From assembly GCA_963925755.1 (NCBI GenBank), contig CAWUTM010000054.1:1-57340 (forward strand): a DNA stretch of 57,340 nt, written 5' to 3'. The notes below the pieces were generated by a model. The model had not been told where the DNA came from. It did no database searches and worked only from the letters and a program-made list of their open reading frames with translations. Source of the DNA: an uncultured Sulfurimonas sp. (GTDB lineage: Bacteria; Campylobacterota; Campylobacteria; Campylobacterales; Sulfurimonadaceae). A program made the translations under genes and the position numbers. Of this stretch, positions 49,977 to 57,340 are shown in pieces; positions within the stretch are counted from its first letter, which is position 1; each line of letters opens with the position of its first letter.

Positions 49977-51920
49977 TTAAGAATTTATAGCTTCTTCTTT
50001 CTCTTGTATGAGAAGGAGTTCATCCACTTTAACTTCATAAAGTTCTTCTAAGTCAGCGAGTTCTTTCGCCACGGTAGCTATTCCTATCTCTTCATAACAT
50101 TTTGGCTGAGCGAGACACTCATTCTTTTCATCTATTAGTATCTCAAGCGCATCTATCTCTTTTGGAAGCGTATCAAGAGCTATTTTTTCTTTAAATGTTA
50201 GTTTTACTATTTTTGTTTTTTCTTTTACTTCAATGGTTACTTTTGTCTCTTTTTGTAGCTCTTCTTCCATACTGGAGAGTTGCTTTACTTCTTTTTCAAG
50301 TTCTAAGTACTCACTATATTGTTGATGGGATTCCTCTATTGTTTTGTCTTCTTTAAATATAAAGAGTTTTTTCGCAATTTTATCTACAAAGTATCTATCG
50401 TGAGAGACTATTATTACAGCTCCCGCAAAGTTTGTAAGTTGTTCTTCTAAAATGTTGATAGTTGGAATATCTAAATCATTTGTTGGCTCATCAAGTATAA
50501 GTATATCTACATCTTTTGTAAATAAAAGAGCTAAAGCAACACGATTTTTTTCACCACCACTGAGTACGCCAACTTTTTTCTCTAAAAAGTCTCTTGGAAA
50601 GAGGAAGTTTTTAAGGTATCCATAAACATGCAAGTCACTTCCTCTAACACTAACTCTATCACCACCATTGGGACAGAATGTCTCTATGAGGTTCTTATCG
50701 TCATCGAGCATTTCACGGTGTTGGTCAAAGTAGCCTATCTTGAACTCACCGCGTTTAATAACGCCGTGAGTAGGTTCAAGCCGTCCTAAAAGAGCTCTTA
50801 GCAGTGTTGATTTTCCACTTCCATTTGGTCCTACAATAGCGATTACATCTTTTTGGAGAATTCTTGTCGTAAAGTTTTTAAGCAACTCTTTATCACCAAG
50901 TTGTAAGCCTAAGTCATTGACTTCAAAAAGCATTTTTTGTTTATTAATGCTTTTTTCTCCATTAAAGCTTTTTGCCTCGCGTTGGAGTTCTACCGACATT
51001 TTTCTGATTTTAGCAGGGTTTGTTTGAGCATCTTGGCGTAGTGTCATCAAACGTTCTTTTCTTCCCTCATTTCGTTTAAGTCTAGCTCTTACTCCACGAG
51101 CGAACCATTCGTTCTCGCGTTTTAAAACGCCAAGAAGATTGTCATGTTGTTTTTGGAGTGTTCGAATATACTCTGCTTTTTGTGTTAAATAGTTGGAATA
51201 ACCACCCGTATATTCTTTGAGGGCACAGTCATCAACCTCTATGGATTTTGTAGCAATGCTATCTATGAAATATCTATCATGAGATATAAAAACAAGAGTG
51301 AATTTTTCTTTTAAAATAAGCTCTTCAAGAAATTCCACCATGTATACGTCAAGGTGATTTGTAGGCTCGTCAAGAAGAAGAATATCAGGTTTTTGTAAAA
51401 GTAAAGAGGCAAGGGCAACCCGACGTTGCTCTCCTCCACTCAGAAGTGTGATAGGCTTGTCTTCATAGCGTTTAAGGTCAAAACTCTGAATGATTCGTTC
51501 TATCTTATCATCTAAGTTCCAAGCGTTATGGTGTTCTATGTAACGAGAAAGGTTTTCATGCTCATCAAGTAGTAGTTTATTCTCGAAATCTTCTCCAAGT
51601 AAAATGGAGAGTTCATTGTATCTCTCTTTGGCCGCGTTTAACTCTTTAAGCCCATGCTCTACCGCTTGGCGAACATTATGTCCCTCAACAAAGTTTGGAC
51701 GTTGCTCAAGCATCTTTATTTCGAGATTATTTTTAGTGATACGGTTACCACTATCTTGCGCTAGCGAGCCATGAACAATCTTCATAAGAGTAGATTTTCC
51801 ACTTCCATTTTTTCCGATTATAACTATTCTTTCACCCTCGTCTACATGAAAGTTTACTTCTGTGAGTATCTTTTGTGCAGAGTAGTGTTTTGATATGTTT
51901 TGTAGATCTATTAGTGCCAA
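49977..51920 (-). CDS. ABC-F family ATPase (Uup-like)
   Basis: Two ABC domains (GKNGSGKST/LSGGE/LDEPTN/SHDRYF and GPNGSGKST/LSGGE/LDEPTN/SHDRYF), no TM helices, linker RGVRAR.KRNEGR, and a C-terminal KL.FKE coiled coil. Confidence 0.92.
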   Translation of the reverse strand: MALIDLQNISKHYSAQKILTEVNFHVDEGERIVIIGKNGSGKSTLMKIVHGSLAQDSGNRITKNNLEIKMLEQRPNFVEGHNVRQAVEHGLKELNAAKERYNELSILLGEDFENKLLLDEHENLSRYIEHHNAWNLDDKIERIIQSFDLKRYEDKPITLLSGGEQRRVALASLLLQKPDILLLDEPTNHLDVYMVEFLEELILKEKFTLVFISHDRYFIDSIATKSIEVDDCALKEYTGGYSNYLTQKAEYIRTLQKQHDNLLGVLKRENEWFARGVRARLKRNEGRKERLMTLRQDAQTNPAKIRKMSVELQREAKSFNGEKSINKQKMLFEVNDLGLQLGDKELLKNFTTRILQKDVIAIVGPNGSGKSTLLRALLGRLEPTHGVIKRGEFKIGYFDQHREMLDDDKNLIETFCPNGGDRVSVRGSDLHVYGYLKNFLFPRDFLEKKVGVLSGGEKNRVALALLFTKDVDILILDEPTNDLDIPTINILEEQLTNFAGAVIIVSHDRYFVDKIAKKLFIFKEDKTIEESHQQYSEYLELEKEVKQLSSMEEELQKETKVTIEVKEKTKIVKLTFKEKIALDTLPKEIDALEILIDEKNECLAQPKCYEEIGIATVAKELADLEELYEVKVDELLLIQEKEEAINS

Positions 51921-51923
51921 TTA

Positions 51924-52235
51924 TTAATCCTTGATTTCTATGCATAGCTCTCTCGCCGTATACCAGTCCGCTATGCCTTTGTCATTATATTTATATTCTT
52001 GTTGAGACTTAGGTATTACGCTATTTCTTAATTTTGCTCGAATAATTCCGACTATTATATAGCTTAGCAGCATTGATGCAATAGAGATAAAATAATCATA
52101 CATATATAAAGTTACTAACCCTACGATATATGTAGTGAACTGTAAAAATAGTTTAAGTAAAAAAGAGATAATTTTACATTTTTTAGTAGATATCTTTGGT
52201 GTTTTTTCAATAGAGCTTATATAATCATCATTCAT
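51924..52235 (-). CDS. hypothetical membrane protein
   Basis: 103 aa with two hydrophobic helices, 3 nt upstream of the ABC-F gene. Confidence 0.7.
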   Translation of the reverse strand: MNDDYISSIEKTPKISTKKCKIISFLLKLFLQFTTYIVGLVTLYMYDYFISIASMLLSYIIVGIIRAKLRNSVIPKSQQEYKYNDKGIADWYTARELCIEIKD

Positions 52236-52283
52236 AGTATAATTATAGCTAAATAGGTTAAAGATAAATATTGACTAAATAAA

Positions 52284-52304
52284 TATGAGTCATATAGACT
52301 AAAG
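52284..52304. promoter_or_regulatory. HAIR-like inverted repeat (putative HspR operator) upstream of htpG
   Basis: TATGAGT-catatag-ACTAAAG compared with the HAIR consensus CTTGAGT-N7-ACTCAAG. Confidence 0.6.
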
Positions 52305-52339
52305 TTAGTTTATAGCCATACTAAAGATTAACAAATCTT

Positions 52340-52348
52340 TGTTATAAT
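52340..52348 (+). promoter_or_regulatory. extended -10 promoter (TGnTATAAT) of htpG
   Basis: TGTTATAAT 33 nt upstream of the htpG ATG. Confidence 0.65.
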
Positions 52349-52381
52349 TCTGAAAATAACATAATGCAAGGAAATATACAA

Positions 52382-54313
52382 ATGGCAAAACATCAGTTTC
52401 AAACGGAAGCAAACCAAATTTTACAGTTAATGATTCACTCACTTTACTCGAATAAAGAGATATTCGTTCGGGAGTTAGTGTCAAACGCATCAGACGCACT
52501 TGATAAATTAAATATGTTAGTTTTAACGGATGAAAAGTATAAAGATGTGTTGTTCAACCCTCGTATTGAGATAATTGCAAATAAAGAAGCAAAAACTTTA
52601 ACACTTAAAGACTCCGGTGTCGGTATGAATGAAGAAGATTTAATGAATAATCTTGGTACTATCGCAAAATCAGGTACTAAAGCATTCTTGGAGAACCTCT
52701 CCGGTGATCAAAAAGAAGATTCTAACCTTATTGGTCAGTTTGGCGTTGGTTTTTATGCTTGTTTTATGGTTGCGCATAAGGTAGAAGTTACTACTAAAAA
52801 AGCTGGAGAGACCCAAGCTTTTTTATGGACAAGCAAAGGCGATGGCGAGTTTGACATAGAAAACACAACTCAAGATGGTCACGGTACGACTATCGTTATG
52901 TACCTTAATGATGATGAAGATGAATTTTTAGAAACTCATAGAATTGACTCTATCATTAAAAAATACTCTAATCACATTCCATTCCCGATTTTTATGGATA
53001 AAGAGAACTTTGTTCCAGCTGTAAAAGATGATGATGATAAAGAGATTGAACCATCTCGTACTGATATGGTAAATGAGCAAATAAATCGTGCAAATGCACT
53101 TTGGACAATGGCTAAAAAAGATGTTACTGATGATGAGTATAAAGATTTTTATAGCTCGATAGCGCACTCATCAGAAGAACCGTTAACTTGGATGCATAAC
53201 AAGGCAGAAGGCGCAGTTGAATATACTACGCTTTTCTACATTCCATCTAAGGCTCCTATGGATATGTATAGAGTTGATTACCAAACGGGAATCAAGCTTT
53301 ACATTAACCGCGTATTTATTACAGATGATGAAAAAGAACTAATGCCAACATACCTGCGTTTCCTTCGTGGTGTGATTGATTCTAAAGATTTACCACTGAA
53401 CGTTTCTCGTGAGATATTACAATCAAACGCAGTAATGACAAAGATACAAAAATCATCTGTAAAAAAAGTACTTTCAGAACTTGGAAAAATGTCTAAAAAA
53501 GATTCTGCTAAATATGAAGAATTTTACAAAGAATTTGGAAATGTTTTAAAAGAAGGTCTTTATAGCGATTTTGATAACCGTGAGAAAATTTTAGAGTTAA
53601 TGAAGTTTAATACTATGAATTCTGAAGAAACGGTTATGATAGAAGAGTTTATTAAAAATATAGACGAAGATAAGGTGAATAGCGAAGCTAGAGAGAATGC
53701 CCTGGGGCAGAAAAAAGAGATTTATTATATCACTGGTAAAAGTTCATTAGCAATGCTAAAAGCATCTCCCGCGTTAGAAAGATTTAAAGCTAAGGGAATT
53801 GATGTTTTAGTGCTTAATGAAGAAGTTGATACAATTATTTTTCCAATGGTGACTGATTATAAAGAATATAAACTAGTTCCTGTTGCCGATGCAAAGTTTG
53901 AAGAGAGTGAAGACGAGAAAGCACACGAAGAAGAAGTTGCAAAAACTTATGAAGGTCTTGCAAAAGCGTTTAAAGATGCTTTAGGGGATGCTGTTAAATC
54001 AGTTGAAACTACTTCTGACCTTACAGACTCTCCCGTAGCGATTAAAGTAGACAAAGAAGATCCTTCTTATATGATGGCTCAAATGATGAAGCAAATGGGT
54101 CAAGGTGGTGATACACCAGAACCAGCACCTATTTTCATGATTAACCCTAACCATGAGCTTATAATGAAGCTGAATGATTCATCTGATGTTAACCTTGTTA
54201 GCGATGCTGCGTTTATCTTACTCGAACAAGCAAAACTGTTTGATGGACAAGAATTAACTGATACAAAAGACTTTATTACAAGATTAAATAGAGTGATCTC
54301 CAAGGCTATATAG
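52382..54313 (+). CDS. htpG: molecular chaperone HtpG (Hsp90)
   Basis: FQTE, SLYSNKEIFVRELVSNASDA, NLGTIAKSGT, IGQFGVGFY, PLNVSRE.LQ and INP.H motifs. Start at ATG 52382 after AAGGA. Confidence 0.97.
   Translation: MAKHQFQTEANQILQLMIHSLYSNKEIFVRELVSNASDALDKLNMLVLTDEKYKDVLFNPRIEIIANKEAKTLTLKDSGVGMNEEDLMNNLGTIAKSGTKAFLENLSGDQKEDSNLIGQFGVGFYACFMVAHKVEVTTKKAGETQAFLWTSKGDGEFDIENTTQDGHGTTIVMYLNDDEDEFLETHRIDSIIKKYSNHIPFPIFMDKENFVPAVKDDDDKEIEPSRTDMVNEQINRANALWTMAKKDVTDDEYKDFYSSIAHSSEEPLTWMHNKAEGAVEYTTLFYIPSKAPMDMYRVDYQTGIKLYINRVFITDDEKELMPTYLRFLRGVIDSKDLPLNVSREILQSNAVMTKIQKSSVKKVLSELGKMSKKDSAKYEEFYKEFGNVLKEGLYSDFDNREKILELMKFNTMNSEETVMIEEFIKNIDEDKVNSEARENALGQKKEIYYITGKSSLAMLKASPALERFKAKGIDVLVLNEEVDTIIFPMVTDYKEYKLVPVADAKFEESEDEKAHEEEVAKTYEGLAKAFKDALGDAVKSVETTSDLTDSPVAIKVDKEDPSYMMAQMMKQMGQGGDTPEPAPIFMINPNHELIMKLNDSSDVNLVSDAAFILLEQAKLFDGQELTDTKDFITRLNRVISKAI
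53675..53710 (+). repeat. 36-nt GC-rich in-frame segment with two mini-hairpins inside htpG (candidate inserted palindromic element)
   Basis: GTGAATAGCGAAGCTAGAGAGAATGCCCTGGGGCAG (20/36 G+C) encodes VNSEARENALGQ just before the KKEIYYITG motif. It contains TAGC-GAA-GCTA and TGCC-CTGG-GGCA hairpins. Confidence 0.5.
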
Positions 54314-54319
54314 TTTTAC

Positions 54320-54344
54320 AATAAGTGCTTTTCTAGCACTTATT
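54320..54344 (+). terminator. probable intrinsic terminator of htpG
   Basis: AATAAGTGCT-tttct-AGCACTTATT, a 10-bp stem starting 7 nt after the htpG stop. Confidence 0.6.
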
Positions 54345-54394
54345 TCCCTCATACTTCTTAATTTTGCTCATATTCAGATAAATAATGCTATCTT

Positions 54395-54886
54395 ATGCTT
54401 ATGGATTTAGATAAAAAAATCGAAAGACGAAAAAGTAGAAATATAGAGCTCCGCAACTTTGTAGATAATGCCAATAGAGTATACAAATCATTTTTTCAAA
54501 AAGAATATAAATATTCAAATGATGAAGCTCTTGAAGAACTTGGTGTTGATGAAGACTTAATGGATCAGCTTCTTGAGGATTACATAAGTCAGATTATGAA
54601 GGCCATTGCGCAGTTTGAATATATGATTTATAAACTTCAAAACGCTAAAGACGCTAAAGAAGAACTTGACTTTAAAGAGTTAAGAGACTTGGCTCATAAA
54701 AACTTAGGTGTTGCCCGAAACTTACGTATTAAAGACGCAGAGATACTTTTGGATGATTTGATGCGAAAAGATGAGTTAGAATATCTTTTCCTTTGTACAG
54801 AAGTACTTCAAGCCTCAGCCGTGCGTTTAAACCCTGAATACGCATTTAACACTACAAAACTTATAGAAGTGAAAAGTTCCTTTTAG
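54395..54886 (+). CDS. stand-alone HPt-like (histidine phosphotransfer) protein
   Basis: ALEELG.DEDL...L.EDY..Q and LRDLAHKNLGVARNLRI resemble the HPt L...AH.lkG.a.nlg motif. The start may be 54401. Confidence 0.65.
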   Translation: MLMDLDKKIERRKSRNIELRNFVDNANRVYKSFFQKEYKYSNDEALEELGVDEDLMDQLLEDYISQIMKAIAQFEYMIYKLQNAKDAKEELDFKELRDLAHKNLGVARNLRIKDAEILLDDLMRKDELEYLFLCTEVLQASAVRLNPEYAFNTTKLIEVKSSF

Positions 54887-55050
54887 TTTTTCATAGAATG
54901 AGAAATAATTTGTAGTTTTCCTTTTGGTTTTGGAACAAAGGTCGCTTGTTTCTCTTTAGTTGGTAAAGCGAATGTTAAAATAATAAATATAAATGAAAAA
55001 ACAACTCCAGCTAACACACTTAAAATAAGTTTTAATTTAAAATCTTTCAA
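54883..55050 (-). CDS. small hypothetical single-pass membrane protein (55 aa)
   Basis: Below the ORF-track size cut-off. TTG at 55050 with AGGA RBS gives MKDFKLKLILSVLAGVVFSFIFIILTFALPTKEKQATFVPKPKGKLQIISHSMKN. It fills the gap exactly. Confidence 0.65.
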   Translation of the reverse strand: MKDFKLKLILSVLAGVVFSFIFIILTFALPTKEKQATFVPKPKGKLQIISHSMKN

Positions 55051-55059
55051 AAAATATTC

Positions 55060-55356
55060 CTATTTCTCATTATGCGTCATATAGACCCAAAATTCTTTAT
55101 GCGTATGACCTTTATTTAAAAAATATATTTGTAAAATTGAAACACGGTATAGAGTGATAAACATTTTAGCAAAGGGTACGAGCAGGCTTAGCTTGACAAG
55201 GATAGACTGTTCTTTATCACCTTTGGAACTTATCATTTCATTTAAGCCAATATTATTTGATAAGTAGATTCCAAACATCATAGAGAATACAAAGTTTAGG
55301 ATAAGACCAAAAATAATATACGCTATAAAATCTTGTTCAAACATGCCTGCTATCAT
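55060..55356 (-). CDS. hypothetical membrane protein
   Basis: 98 aa with two hydrophobic segments; AAGGA RBS. Confidence 0.7.
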   Translation of the reverse strand: MIAGMFEQDFIAYIIFGLILNFVFSMMFGIYLSNNIGLNEMISSKGDKEQSILVKLSLLVPFAKMFITLYRVSILQIYFLNKGHTHKEFWVYMTHNEK

Positions 55357-55411
55357 AGTTGTTAAATTCCTTATTTAATATTATTCAGTAGTTTAGCAAA
55401 AAATACTTTTG

Positions 55412-55702
55412 TTACTCATAACTTTGTATTTTTCTTCTTGTAAAAAAGGTTCCAAATGGAATAAGAGTAGCTATGAAAAATATTATATTCTCGCTAAAAT
55501 TCCATTTTGTTTTTTGCCATGATGCAAGAAGAAGAAGGCAAAAAGTAACAAACAAAACGCCATGGAGCATACCAAGTATTTTAACAGCAACAGGAAAGTC
55601 CATGTAATATTTGAGAGGCATGGCAATAAAAAGAAGTGCTAGATAGGAATAGCCTTCAATTGTATTTATAAAGCCGAGTTTTTTTACACTATTTTTAATC
55701 AT
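55412..55702 (-). CDS. DUF3817 family membrane protein
   Basis: EG.SYL.LLFIAMPLKY, G.LHG.LF and IPFGTF motifs. Confidence 0.85.
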   Translation of the reverse strand: MIKNSVKKLGFINTIEGYSYLALLFIAMPLKYYMDFPVAVKILGMLHGVLFVTFCLLLLASWQKTKWNFSENIIFFIATLIPFGTFFTRRKIQSYE

Positions 55703-55857
55703 AATTTTCTCTTATGTATAAGATTGTATCGTGATGAAAGTATATAATCAAAAAGTAACAACTTGGTTAATTCTACTGAATATACATAGTGCAGAAAACT
55801 TTCTTTAATCATCTTTACACTATACTAACCCAACAAATTTTGAATAAAGGTAATTTT

Positions 55858-56082
55858 ATGGAAACTAACCTTGTAATAGAAGGATTTAAATTTATGGGTT
55901 TAGGGATGGGAACAGTTTTCCTATTTCTAATTATAATGATAATTAGTATGAGTATTATGTCATCAATTATTAATAGATTTTTTCCAGAAGCATATGCTAG
56001 TGCAGCCGCACCAGCTAAAAAAGATAACAAGAAAATAATTGCTGCCGTCATCGGTGCGATAACTCAGCATAAGCAGGGATAA
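55858..56082 (+). CDS. oadG: OadG-family (Na+-translocating decarboxylase gamma) subunit
   Basis: LGMGTVFLFL TM helix, Ala/Pro linker and IAAVIGAI..H motif. Start at ATG 55858 after AAGG. Confidence 0.85.
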   Translation: METNLVIEGFKFMGLGMGTVFLFLIIMIISMSIMSSIINRFFPEAYASAAAPAKKDNKKIIAAVIGAITQHKQG

Positions 56083-56090
56083 GGATAATA

Positions 56091-57340
56091 ATGGCTAAGA
56101 AATTTATAGATGTAATGGATACAACTTTTAGAGATGGCTTTCAATCAGTATTTGGCGGTCGTGTTCTAATGAATGACTTCTTTCCAGCTGTGGAAGCTGC
56201 AAAAAAAGCAGGTATAAATCACTTTGAGTTTGGTGGTGGAGCAAGATTTCAATCTTTATACTTCTATTTAAGAGAAGACGCTTTTGAAATGATGGATAAA
56301 TTTCGTGAAATTGTTGGACCTGACGCAAATCTTCAAACACTTGCTCGCGGTGTAAATACAGTTATGTTAGACACTGGTTCTAAAGAGCTTATCGATTTAC
56401 ATGCGAAAATGTTCAAAAAACATGGAACAACTACTATTCGTAACTTTGACGCGCTTAATGACGTAGAAAACCTTAAGTACTCAGGTGAGAGAATATCTCA
56501 CCATGGACTTAAGCATGAAGTAGTTGTAACAATGATGGACTTACCACCAGGTTGTCATGGCGCTCACGATGTTGAGTTCTATGAAAAAACTCTTCGTGAT
56601 ATTTTAGATGCGGGAATACCATATGACAGTATCTGTTTTAAAGACGCGTCTGGAACTTCTAATCCACAGAAAGTTTTTGAAACTATTAAAATGGCTCGTG
56701 GTTTAGTTCCTGAAGGTACACATCTTCGTTTACATACTCATGAGACCGCTGGTGTTTCTGTTTCTGCTTATATGGCTGCGCTTGAGGCTGGTGTCGATGG
56801 TATCGATATGGCTGCTGCACCTGTGAGTGGTGGAACTAGCCAACCAGATATTTTAACAATGCTTCATGCAACTAAGGGAATGGATTTTGACCTTGGTGGT
56901 TTAGAGATTGGTAAAATTTTATCTTATGAAAAAGAATTACAATATTGTCTTTCTGATTATTTCATGCCACCAGAAGCGACAATGGTATCTCCAGTGATTC
57001 CATTCTCTCCAATGCCAGGTGGCGCGCTTACTGCAAATACTCAAATGATGCGTGATAACGGTATCTTAGATAGATTTCCAGAAGTAATCGCTGCAATGCA
57101 AGAAGTTGTAGAAAAAGGTGGTTATGGTACATCTGTGACACCAGTTTCTCAGTTCTATTTCCAGCAAGCGTTAAACAATGTAATGCAAGGTCCTTGGAAC
57201 GCAATCGCACCAGGATATGGAAAAATGGTTCTTGGTTATTTTGGTAAAACGCCAGTTGCTCCAGATCCAGAAATTGTAAGAATTGCTTCAGAAAAATTAG
57301 GACTAGAGCCTACAACTGAAAATGCAATTGATTTAGCGGA
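56091..57340 (+). CDS. oadA: oxaloacetate decarboxylase alpha / pyruvate carboxylase carboxyltransferase subunit, 5' part (runs off the window)
   Basis: Not in the ORF track. ATG 56091 after AAGGA reads MAKKFIDVMDTTFRDGFQS...FGGGARFQ...RNFDALND...FKDASG...LHTHETAG...PMPGG...SVTPVSQF. Confidence 0.9.
   Translation, partial: MAKKFIDVMDTTFRDGFQSVFGGRVLMNDFFPAVEAAKKAGINHFEFGGGARFQSLYFYLREDAFEMMDKFREIVGPDANLQTLARGVNTVMLDTGSKELIDLHAKMFKKHGTTTIRNFDALNDVENLKYSGERISHHGLKHEVVVTMMDLPPGCHGAHDVEFYEKTLRDILDAGIPYDSICFKDASGTSNPQKVFETIKMARGLVPEGTHLRLHTHETAGVSVSAYMAALEAGVDGIDMAAAPVSGGTSQPDILTMLHATKGMDFDLGGLEIGKILSYEKELQYCLSDYFMPPEATMVSPVIPFSPMPGGALTANTQMMRDNGILDRFPEVIAAMQEVVEKGGYGTSVTPVSQFYFQQALNNVMQGPWNAIAPGYGKMVLGYFGKTPVAPDPEIVRIASEKLGLEPTTENAIDLA

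Noticed and set aside
49977-51920. ABC-F as an antibiotic-resistance ribosomal protection protein
   Set aside because: The linker and C-terminal coiled coil fit the housekeeping Uup-like subfamily, and there is no mobile context.
263-57210. Numerous 60-170 aa ORF-track entries antisense or out of frame to recognised genes (e.g. 14434-14943, 16111-16500, 47610-47978, 48000-48353, 56128-56340)
   Set aside because: These are shadow ORFs overlapping well-supported genes, with no RBS or recognisable motifs.
1-57340. tRNA, rRNA, CRISPR arrays, IS elements, integrases or prophage genes
   Set aside because: None recognised. Nearly all sequence is taken by identifiable CDS, and no spacer shows regular repeats or cloverleaf motifs by eye.

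Overview
57.3 kb of gene-dense, AT-rich chromosomal DNA from a Campylobacterota (epsilonproteobacterial) genome. Protein features and gene order suggest a Sulfurimonas-like chemolithoautotroph; this is inference, not a database result. Most of the window is housekeeping: valS (partial), a UvrD-like helicase, mutS2, murC, dapC, thiS, acpS, fliL, radA, ftsY, rny, atpB, gatB, gpsA, prmC, ftsA/ftsZ, dnaJ, mltA, recR, pldA, aroE, trpE, glyA, metE, lysS, fur, cvpA, class II DAHP synthase, an ABC-F ATPase, htpG, oadG and oadA (partial). I see no rRNA, tRNA, CRISPR array, transposase, prophage or defence island. The most interesting signals are small. (1) A Cys-rich 112-codon ORF ending in His-Pro-Pro sits between lysS and metE; its 3' end can pair with the metE ribosome-binding site, making it a candidate ribosome-arrest leader controlling cobalamin-independent methionine synthase. 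(2) A 36-nt GC-rich, double mini-hairpin segment lies in frame inside htpG, a candidate coding palindromic element. (3) A membrane-anchored HMA protein carries a KCGAGKCG tail resembling MNIO-modified metallophore repeats. (4) REP-like palindromes follow the Dabb gene. (5) An HspR-type HAIR operator lies upstream of htpG. (6) A 55-aa membrane ORF was missed by the ORF track. All functional proposals in the findings are hypotheses.
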